Made by a program: the position numbers and the translations under genes. This document shows, piece by piece, positions 38,294-46,976 of a stretch of DNA of 64,000 nt. Within the stretch, counting starts at the first letter, position 1. The number at the start of each line of letters is the position of its first letter. This DNA comes from an uncultured Actinomycetes bacterium. GTDB taxonomy: Bacteria > Actinomycetota > Coriobacteriia > Anaerosomatales > CAWKMJ01. The notes beneath the pieces were generated by a model that saw nothing but the letters and a program-made list of their open reading frames with translations, was not told the DNA's origin and searched no databases. The DNA is taken from assembly GCA_963850695.1 (NCBI GenBank), contig CAWKMJ010000002.1, forward strand, positions 78,810 to 142,809. Direction: 5' to 3'.

Positions 38294-39080
38294 ATGGCCG
38301 AGCAGGACCGCAGCATAGGCGACCTTCACACGCGGCGAAGGCGTGGTCATCGCGACAGATGCGGTGATCGGGTCGTACGTCGCGATCGGTGATCACGTGG
38401 TGATCGAGGCAGGTGTCGTCATCGGCGACGGCGCGGTCATCGGCAACCACGTCACGATCGGCCCGGGCGCACGCCTGGGCGCGGGCGTGCGTGTCTCCGA
38501 CTTCGCTCTCGTCGGCAAGATGCCCGCGCTCTCCAAGCGCTCCACCGCCAAGAGGGAGCCGCTCGACGGCGTCGTGATCGGCGACGAGACCTCCATCGGC
38601 AGCCACACGATGCTCATGGCCGGCACGATCGTCGGCACGCGGCTGCATCGTCGGCGACGGCGCTGGTGTGCGCGAGCGGTGTGTGATCGGGGACGACAGT
38701 GTCGTCGGCCGAGCAGTGACCGTCGAGAACGACACCACGATCGGTGCGCGCGTCGAAGATCCAGTCCGGCGCCTACATCACCGCGTACGTGCACGCTCGA
38801 AGACGATGTCTTCATCGCGCCCATGGTCGTCACGACCAACGACAACTACATGGGCCGCACCGAGAAGCGCCACGATGAGATCGCCGGATGCACGATCCGT
38901 CGCGGTGCCCGGGTCGGCGGCGGGGCGCATATCCTTCCCGGCGTCGAGATCGGCGAGGAGGCGTTCGTGGCCACGGCGGCGGTCGTGACCGGGATGTGCC
39001 GCCGCGCTCGGTCGTCATGGGCGTTCCGGCCAAGGTCGATCAGGACTGTCGCCGACGAGGAGCTGCTCGAGAACCAGTAG
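38294..39080 (+). CDS. Left-handed beta-helix (hexapeptide) N-acetyltransferase (WbpD-like), about three frame changes
   Basis: ATG 38294. Hexapeptide run [43 protein letters not shown] and later [26 protein letters not shown]. Confidence 0.75.
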
Positions 39081-39178
39081 AGGTCCGCGTGACGGGTCGG
39101 TGACGAGTCCGCACGCGGCGCGTCGCATACGGGAGCATAGTCCGAACGACCCGATCACGATAGAGAAGAGGATGCCGC

Positions 39179-40296
39179 ATGGGCGTGCCCCTGCTCGATC
39201 TCAAAGCACAGTACCAGGAGCTCAAGGACGAGCTCGACGCGGCTGTGTTCGACGTGATGTCGAACGCCGCGTTCATCGGCGGGCCCAAGGTCCAGGAGCT
39301 CTCTGAGGCGATCGCCGAGTACTGCGGCACGCAGCTACGCCGTCCCGTGCGGCAAGCGGCACCGACGCGCTCTTCCTGATCCTGGCGGCGATGGGCATCG
39401 GCAAGGGTGACGAGGTCATCACCACGCCGTTCACGTTCTTCGCGACCGCCGAGGCGATCGCGCATGTGGGCGCGACGCCGGTCTTCGTCGATATCGAGCC
39501 GGGCACGTACAACATGGACGTGACCAAGATCGAGGCCGCCATCACCGACCAGACCAAGGCGATCATGCCGGTGCACATCTTCGGCCAGTGCGTCGACATG
39601 GATGCGCTGCAACGCGATCGCCGCAGAAGCATGGTCTCAAGGTCATCGAGGACGCCTGCCAGGCGATCGGTGCCACGTACAAGGGCGCGCACGGCGGGCT
39701 CGCTCGGCCGATGCGGCGGCGTTCTCCTTCTTCCCGAGCAAGAACCTGGGCTGTGCCGGCGACGGCGGCATCATCACCACCGACGACGAGGAGCTTGCCG
39801 CGGCGGCGCGCAAGCTCGCGAACCACGGCACGAGCAAGAAGTACTTCCACGACACCCTCGGCGTGAACTCGCGGCTCGACGCGCTCCAGGCGGCGATCCT
39901 GCTGGTCAAGCTTCCGCATCTGGACCGCTGGAACGCAGAGCGCCGGGCCGCCGCAGCCGTCTACGACGAGCTGCTGGCCGACGTCGCACTCGAGCTTCCG
40001 GTGGCGCGCGATCGGCGAGTCCGTCTATCACCTCTACATCGTCAAGGCCGACTCCGCCGAGCAGGCCGACGACGTCATGGCCGCGCTCAAGGAGGCCGGC
40101 ATCGGCACCGCGAAGTACTACCCGCTCGCCTTGCACGAGCAGGAGGTCTTCGCATCCGAGGACGGCTACGTGATGCCCTCGCTGCCGGTGGCCGAGTCAT
40201 GTGACGGCCGCACGTTCGCCATACCGGCGTTCCCGGGCATCACACGTGAGCAGCAGGAAGAGGTCGCATCCGTCGTGAGGGCCGCGCTGCTCGTGA
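39179..40296 (+). CDS. DegT/DnrJ/EryC1-family PLP-dependent sugar aminotransferase (WbpE-like), about five frame changes
   Basis: ATG 39179 after [75 protein letters not shown] (PLP Lys), [10 protein letters not shown]. Stop overlaps the next start (GTGA at 40293..40296). Confidence 0.85.
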
Positions 40297-41391
40297 AGCG
40301 GCTTACCGTCATATCGGTCGTCGGGGCGCGGCCGCAGTTCATCAAGGCGGCCCCGGTCTGCCGCGCGCTGCGCGAGGGCCACGATGAGATCCTCGTCCAC
40401 TCCGGGCAGCACTACGACTACGAGATGTCCGACGTCTTCTTCGAGCAGCTCGGCATCCCCAAGCCGGACTACAATCTCGCCGTCGGCTCGGGCAGCTCAT
40501 GCCCGTCAGACCGGCGAGATGATGCCGATGCTCGAGGAGCTCTTCGATGAGAAGAGTCCCGACCTCGTGCTGGTCTACGGCGACACGAACACGACGCTCG
40601 CCGGCGGGTCTCGCTGCCGCCAAGCTCGACGATCCCGGTCGCGCACGTCGAGGCGGGCCTGCGCTGCTTCAACCGAGCGATGCCCGAGGAGATCAACCGG
40701 GTCGTCGTCGACCACCTCTCCGAGCTGCTGCTCTGTCCCACGCGACCGCGGCTGTCGCGAACCTCAAGGCCGAGGGCATCATGCAGCGGCGTCCACCTCG
40801 TGGGCGATGTCATGCTCGACACCGCGCGCTTCTTCGCCGAGAGCGTGGACCCTGACCGAGACACTCGCTGAGTTCGGCCTGGGTGCCGGGCGAGTACTAC
40901 TTCGCAACAGTCCATCGCGCCGGCAACAGCGACGACCCGGCGCGTCTCGAGTCGATCGTCCGGGCGTTCTCGCGGCTGGATCACCCGGTGCGTGTGGGCC
41001 GTGCACCCGCGCACCCAGCACGAACCTGGAGCTCCTTCGGCCTGACCGAGATGGTCGAGAAGGCCGAGAACATCCTGCCGGTCCCGCCCGTCTCATACAT
41101 GGAGACCGTCGCGCTGCTCAGCAGCGTCGGCAGGCCTGCTCACCGACTCGGGCGGGATGCAGAAGGAGGCCTACTTCTTCGGCGTGCCGTGCGTGACGCT
41201 GCGGGAGGAGACCGAGTGGGTCGAAACGGTCGAACTGGGCTGGAACGCGCTTGTCGGCTCGGACGAGGAGAAGATCGTTGTCGCTGCGGGCGGTGTCATC
41301 GCGGCCGGGCGAGCGCCCCGACGTGTACGGGGACGGCCACGCGGCTGAAGCTATCGTGAGGGCTATCGAAGAGGAGTTCCGACTGGTATAG
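40293..41391 (+). CDS. Non-hydrolysing UDP-N-acetylhexosamine 2-epimerase (WecB/WbpI-like), about six frame changes
   Basis: [94 protein letters not shown]. Stop 41389..41391. Confidence 0.85.
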
Positions 41392-41449
41392 GGTTCGCTA
41401 CCCAGCGTGGGGCCCTCATGACCGGGATACTCTCGATCACGAGAAGGAC

Positions 41450-42901
41450 ATGGGAAAACACTCAGCCAAGAGGCTCGGCCTGCAAGCCGAAGGAAGTCAA
41501 GACCGCGCGCAAGCCGGCGGCCGATGCGCCACGAGCCGTCGAGCTCCAAGCGTTCGCGGCGGCGCGGGGCGCTCGAGGAATCTCCCGAGCTGCCCGTGCA
41601 TCGCGACCGCCGGCGCGTCGCAGCTCAAGAAGGCGCTGGCCATCGCTGGCGTCGTGCTGCTCGCTGCCGTGATCGGCGCGGCTGCATGGAGCTACGTGTT
41701 CGTGCTGCGCGTCGAGGCCGAGATGCAGGACGACTTCGTGGCTCAGACAGATGAGGCTGCCGAACGCCGTGACGGAGCCGGCGCCGCCAGGCGAGCCGGT
41801 GACGATACTCCTACTCGGGAGCGATATCCGGCCCGAAGGAGGAGGCCGCACGGGCCGACACCATCATCGTGGCCCGCTTCGACCCTGAGACCAAGAAGAC
41901 GCTGCTCGTCTCGATCCCGCGCGACACGCGCGTGGAGATCCCTGGTCACGGTGTGGGCAAGATCAACACCGCCAACTACCTGGGCGGTCCGGCGCTCATG
42001 ATCGAGACTGTCGAGGACCTCCTGGACATCTCGGTCAATCACTACATGGAGATCGACTTCAAGGGCTTCGTCGGCATCGTGGATGCTCTCGGCGGGGTCT
42101 ACGTCGACGTGGACGCCGAGATCGACGACTGGGACGCTTCGAGCCACAGCCCGAGCCATCGCGCCAGCTCACATCGACCCCGGCTACCAGCTGCTCGACG
42201 GGGAGTATGCGCTGACATACGTCCGCAGCCGCGACTTCCCGGATGCGGACTTCACGCGCATGCGGCATCAGCAGGAGTTCTTCAGAGCACTTGCGAAGCA
42301 GTCGACGCGATTCGAGAACGTCTTCAAGATGCCTGCGGCTATCAGCGAGTTCGCCAAGGCCACGACGACCGACCTCGGCGTGTCCGAGATCCTCGGTCTC
42401 GTGCAACTCGGCCCGCGGTATCGATGAGGAGAACATCCAGACGGCCACGCTGAGCGGTGAGTGGCAGAGTCCGTACGTCTATCCCGACGAGGAGCTCATC
42501 GTTCAGCTCGGCACCGCCCTGCGCGAGGGCGGGGACATCGAGGAGGGCGCCACGAGCCGAAGAGGGCGGAGAGGTTTCGCTCGATCCCGCCACCGTCGAG
42601 GTCGACATCCGCAACGGCGCGGGGACCGTGGGCATCGCGTCCGAGGCCTCCGACGTCCTGGGCGCCGAGGGATTCACCGGTCGTTGAGATCGGCAACGCC
42701 AACCAGTTCGTCTACGACGAGACGCTCGTCGTCTACCGCGAGGACCAGCCTCGCGCTGAGGCGGTCGCCAGCGCCCTGCCGGTGGCCAAGGTGATTCCCA
42801 GCCGAGGGATGTACGCCTTCGAGTCCGACGTCCTGGTCGTGATAGGCAAGGACTGGCCCATCGGCTACAAGCCCGGCGACCCCAAGCCGGCGGAGGAGTA
42901 G
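41450..42901 (+). CDS. LytR-CpsA-Psr (LCP) family glycopolymer-peptidoglycan phosphotransferase with C-terminal LytR_C domain, about six frame changes
   Basis: N-terminal TM (LAIAGVVLLAAVIGAAAW). ADTIIVARFDPETKKTLLVSIPRDTRVEIPG, ISVNHYMEIDFKGFVGIVDALGGV, EYALTYVRSRDFPDADFTRMRHQQEF. C-terminal VEVDIRNGAGTVGIASEA...VVEIGNA. Confidence 0.85.
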
Positions 42902-42984
42902 TGCACTCGCGGGCCTGCTCGCGATCGCGGGCGCGACCTCAGACCTCAGGAAGCCAGTCGAGACACAGTCCGGATCTTCCTGCG

Positions 42985-44211
42985 CTAGCTCTCGCTCGCC
43001 GCATCTTCTAGCACGCCGAGGACGCGCGCGGCCATGTCGTCGCGGCCGAACTCGCGCTCGGCCAGGGCGCGGGCGTTGTCACCCATGCGTCGCAGCGCCT
43101 CGGGGTCATCGGCCAGCGCGACGATCGCATCCGCGAGCGCCTCACCGTCGCCCGGTGGCACGTAGACACCAGCGTCGTTGTCCTCGATCAGATCCTTGGT
43201 CCAGCCAGGGGAGTTGACGAGCATCGGCTTGCCGGTCGCGATCCCGTCGAAGAGCTTGTTGGGTGAGTTCGTGTAGAGGATCTCGACGTCCTTGAACAGC
43301 GTCATGAGCATGTCCGCGCTCCGCAGCAGCCGTGGGATCTCCTTCTTGGGGAGAGGGCCGATGAGATCGAGGTTGTCGAGGCCCCGCTCGTCACGCATGC
43401 GCTCGATCTGCGGCAGGGACTTCCCGTCACCCGCGATGAGGAAGACGATGTCGTCTCGGCCACGCTCTTTGAGGATGCGTGCGGCCTGGGGCACGGAGTC
43501 CTCGAGAGCGTTCGAGGGACCGATGGCGCCAGCGTAGCCCACGACGAACTTGCCCTCGAGCCCGAAGCGCTCGACGAGCTCCGGGTCCTTGGGGCCCGGG
43601 GCGAACAGCTCGAGATCGCACGAGTTGGGGACCATGTGCGTGCGCTCGGGGTCGCCGCCGTCGGCTAGGACGCCCGTGACCATGCCGGGGGAGAGCGCGA
43701 TCACAGCCGAGGCATGCCGATAGAGGAAGCGCTCGACTCGCTTGGCCACACGCGCGATGAAGCTGCCGCGCTTGAGAGCCCCCATCTGTATCGCCGCCTC
43801 AGGCCACAGATCGCGGACCTCGAAGACGAAGGGCAGTCTGCGCAGTGCGGCTGTGATCCAGCCGGGGACTCCGACCGTGAGCGGTGTGGAAGTCGCGAAG
43901 ACGACATCGGGGCGCGGGGCTCTGAGACCGAGGTACGCCGCGCCGAGCATGAACAGCGAGAAGGACCAGATGCGGCGAGCGTAGCCCATGTAGTTCGAGT
44001 ACGTGACCCGGACGGCCCGGACATCGATGCCGTCGACGGTACCGTAGTTGAAGACGTGCTCGGAGAACTCGTCGGTGAGCCGGGAGCTGCTCGTCACGAT
44101 CGTGACCTGGTGACCCTGTTCCACCCAGCGGCGAGAGAACTCGTATGAACGGATGAGTCCCAGCGACGACTCATGGGTGGCGAAGAACTGATGGAAGTAG
44201 AGGATTCTCAC
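42985..44211 (-). CDS. GT4-family glycosyltransferase (intact 408 aa)
   Basis: MRILYFHQFF...; N-terminal GT4 acceptor domain and C-terminal donor domain with LIAGDGK, NSPNKLFDGIATGKPML (E/K-x7-E-type region). Confidence 0.85.
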   Translation of the reverse strand: MRILYFHQFFATHESSLGLIRSYEFSRRWVEQGHQVTIVTSSSRLTDEFSEHVFNYGTVDGIDVRAVRVTYSNYMGYARRIWSFSLFMLGAAYLGLRAPRPDVVFATSTPLTVGVPGWITAALRRLPFVFEVRDLWPEAAIQMGALKRGSFIARVAKRVERFLYRHASAVIALSPGMVTGVLADGGDPERTHMVPNSCDLELFAPGPKDPELVERFGLEGKFVVGYAGAIGPSNALEDSVPQAARILKERGRDDIVFLIAGDGKSLPQIERMRDERGLDNLDLIGPLPKKEIPRLLRSADMLMTLFKDVEILYTNSPNKLFDGIATGKPMLVNSPGWTKDLIEDNDAGVYVPPGDGEALADAIVALADDPEALRRMGDNARALAEREFGRDDMAARVLGVLEDAASES

Positions 44212-44408
44212 GCGGTCGGGGTCTCCCAGCCGATGCGTCGTGCCTGGCAGTGATATGCGTCACACATCTCGTGCGCAAACATGCCGAATTCTACCATTGA
44301 GACGCACGTGGGGGCGTGTGCCGTGTGGCGCTCTACCCACTTCCCGGCGTGTCTTGTCCGGATGACTCAGCGGTGGCCTGCGGGAGGCCTGAGACAGGAG
44401 GGTTCGCC

Positions 44409-46184
44409 ATGGATAGACCTGGGGGTTCCACGCACGGCAGATCGGCGAGGGGGTTCGCACTTCTTCTCGTAATCATCTTGCTCGCTCTCGCGCTTCCGGT
44501 GTCCGCGGTCGGCACGGAGCCTGCGACGGTCACGCCGTACAACATCTCCGGCACGGTCGTCACCGACGACGCGAGTTCCACGCCGATTCCCGACATCAAG
44601 GTGAAGCTGTACTACGACAGCACGATCGTCGGCGGGGATCCGTCCTACATCTACACCTACACCGATGACGCTGGAGAGTGGGGTTTCGCCGACCTCGACG
44701 CCGGCAACTACGTCGTCTACTTCTACGACCCCAACTACAAGGACGGGGCCTACAAGAACGAGTACTACGACGACAAGGATGACTACGCGACCGCCGACCG
44801 CGTTGCATACGACGGCGGTACCAACGTGACCGGCGTCGATGCCGCGCTCACCGAGCTTCGGCGGGCCGTTGAAGGAACGGTCAAGTCCGAAGGTGGCGAA
44901 GGCATCAAGGACATGAAGGTCAAGCTCTACAAGTACACCGGCGGCACGACCGGTGACGCCTCCGTGCAGTGTGTCGGTTGGAGTGAGGTACAGGGTGCCT
45001 ACACCGACGCAAGCGGCTGGTATGCGTTCTACGGTGAGGAAGCCGGTCTCTATCGTGTGGGCGCCTACGACCCGAGGGACAATCACTACACCAAGTTCTA
45101 CGATGAGAAGCCCACACTCGATGATGCCACCGACATCTCCTACGATGGCACAGCCACCGTCTCGGGGATCGACCTGGCGCTCGAGCTCAAGACCAAAGAG
45201 GTCTGGGACAAGGACCGCTACACGACCGCGATCGACATCGCGCGCGAGGCCTACCCAGGCTGGCACGGTATCGACACGATCATCATCGCCTCTGGTGAGG
45301 ATCGCGCCTCGGCAGATCCTCTCGCCGCCTCCGGGATGTGCTGGGCCTATGACGCTCCGCTGTTCCTCGTGAGCAAGGATGGCCCGCCGTATGCGGTCAA
45401 GGAAGCGATCGCCGAGATCGTCGACGTGAACGGTCCCATCGACATGATCGTCGTTGGCGGACCCAAGTCCGTGCCCGACTGGGTGGCGGACAAGATCGAG
45501 AGCTACGTGGAGGGCAAGTTCGGTGGCGCTGACGTCATCACCGGCCCCGGCGGCACCTGGCGCCGCGTCGAAGGTCAGGACCGCTATGAGGTGGCCTACA
45601 AGATCGCCGACGAGATGGCGACCTGTGGCAAGTGGATGCCCGATGATGCGCTGATCGCGAACGGCGCAGACGCGAGCAAGTTCTTCGATGCTCTCGCGCT
45701 CTCGCCCGTCGCGCGCCGCAGGGGCGCACCGGTCCTGCTCGTGAGCAAGGACAAGGTGCCCAGCTGGACATCGGCGGCGATCGACAAGCACGGACTGAAC
45801 GACCTCTGGGTCGCTGGCGGAGACAACTCCGTTGGCCCCAAGGCCAAGGCCAAGCTCGGCGAGCTTGGGACCGTTCGCGCGGTATGGGCGGGCAAGGACC
45901 GCTATGAGACCGCTCGTCTGGTCGCCGAGGGCGCGCTCGATCAGGGCTGGCTCTCCAAGGATGCCGTGGCTGTCGCAGCCAAGCTGCCGGACGCCCTCAC
46001 GGGTGGTAGCGTGGTCGGGCATCGCAACGGTGTTCTGCTGCTTGTCGAGACGGACAAGTTGCCGAATCCCACGGGTGGGTATCTGGAGAACAACAAGGCA
46101 TCCATCGATGAGTGCTACATTTTTGGTGGACCGAAGAGCGTGAGCGCCAAGACTCGCGCCGCAGTCGAAGAGAAGCTGAAGTGA
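44409..46184 (+). CDS. Secreted wall protein: signal peptide, two ~100-aa beta-sandwich repeats (carboxypeptidase-regulatory/Cna-B-like), three CWB2-type wall-binding repeats (intact)
   Basis: ATG 44409 after AGGAGGG. FALLLVIILLALALPVSAVG. ISGTVVTDD...DAGNYVVYFY and EGTVKSEGG...EAGLYRVGAY. CWB2 units DKDRYTTAIDIAREAY...[14 protein letters not shown]...YDAPLFLVS...IVVGGPKSV; GQDRYEVAYKIA...ANGADASKFFDALALSP...APVLLVS; GKDRYETARLVA...AKLPDALTGGS...GVLLLV...IFGGPKSVS. Confidence 0.8.
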   Translation: MDRPGGSTHGRSARGFALLLVIILLALALPVSAVGTEPATVTPYNISGTVVTDDASSTPIPDIKVKLYYDSTIVGGDPSYIYTYTDDAGEWGFADLDAGNYVVYFYDPNYKDGAYKNEYYDDKDDYATADRVAYDGGTNVTGVDAALTELRRAVEGTVKSEGGEGIKDMKVKLYKYTGGTTGDASVQCVGWSEVQGAYTDASGWYAFYGEEAGLYRVGAYDPRDNHYTKFYDEKPTLDDATDISYDGTATVSGIDLALELKTKEVWDKDRYTTAIDIAREAYPGWHGIDTIIIASGEDRASADPLAASGMCWAYDAPLFLVSKDGPPYAVKEAIAEIVDVNGPIDMIVVGGPKSVPDWVADKIESYVEGKFGGADVITGPGGTWRRVEGQDRYEVAYKIADEMATCGKWMPDDALIANGADASKFFDALALSPVARRRGAPVLLVSKDKVPSWTSAAIDKHGLNDLWVAGGDNSVGPKAKAKLGELGTVRAVWAGKDRYETARLVAEGALDQGWLSKDAVAVAAKLPDALTGGSVVGHRNGVLLLVETDKLPNPTGGYLENNKASIDECYIFGGPKSVSAKTRAAVEEKLK

Positions 46185-46862
46185 CCGAAGGCGAACATAC
46201 CGACGACAGAACCCAGAAGCGGGGCGCGCAGAGCGTGCCCCGCTTCATCGTGGTCCTGGGCATAGTGGGGGTCGTGGCACTCGTCGCTGCGCTCGTTGCC
46301 GTCGTCGTCATGCAGGGTACGGGCTCTACTACTCAGACGTCGGTGGATGGGGCGGCTGAAGAGAGCAGCAGTGGGCCGGGAGCAGACGACTCCGGTGGAA
46401 CCGGTGCCGCAGAGGAGACGACTGGTGTGGGTGTCGGGCCGGGCGGTCCCTCTGCCGCCGAGCTGGCTGCGCAGTCCGCAGGTGATCTCGGCGCTCCCGC
46501 TGAGCTTTGCGGCGAGGGCGTGGAGCTGCCGGTTCTCGACGCGCCGCCCCCGTCCACGCTCGGACTGGTTGCACTGCCGGCGGGCTTCGAGGTCGCCGAG
46601 CTCGATGTCACCTTCTCTCCCTACGGTTGGGGCCAAGGCGGACCGGAGGGCTGCAACCTCGTGATCACGCGTCGCCACGGCGAAGCCCGCTTCCGGCGAC
46701 ACCGAGGGCTTGGAGGACATCTCCGGCATGAACGTGAGCGTGTGGACGGAGTGCGCACACGACGAGATTCTCAAGACAGGTGGCCAGTTCGCAGGTACAG
46801 TTGAGGTGCGCCGTCAGGGCAACGTCGGGCTTCTGTACCTGACAGAACTCTCGCGCAGCTGA
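46181..46862 (+). CDS. Single-pass membrane protein of unknown function, start coupled to the upstream stop (GTGA); one frame change near 46665
   Basis: GTG 46181. TM FIVVLGIVGVVALVAALVAVVV, Gly/Ser/Glu-rich linker, small C-terminal domain ...GMNVSVWTECAHDEILKTGGQFAGTVEVRRQGNVGLLYLTELSRS. Confidence 0.55.
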
Positions 46863-46867
46863 GTCAG

Positions 46868-46907
46868 CCCCCGCACCGGTTCTTCTGGCACGGTTCGTGC
46901 GGGGTTT
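46868..46907 (+). terminator. Rho-independent-type terminator hairpin
   Basis: CCCCGCAC...GTGCGGGG (8 bp, with inner ACCG/CGGT pairing) followed by TTT, 6 nt after the stop at 46862. Confidence 0.5.
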
Positions 46908-46976
46908 CAGTCGTCACGACCTCGTACCGATGTACTAGGGGATGGAAGCACTCCTCAAAAGGAGATAGAGAGCCGT

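Noticed and set aside
44367-46022. 551-aa minus-strand ORF opposite the first CWB2 gene. Similar long antisense ORFs occur at 47967-49484(-), 51726-53183(-), 56555-57739(-), 37166-38350(-), 9731-10756(-) and 2727-3713(-).
   Set aside because: All are mirror-frame shadow ORFs of well-supported genes on the other strand. They have low-complexity Arg/Gly/Asp/His-rich translations without domain motifs.
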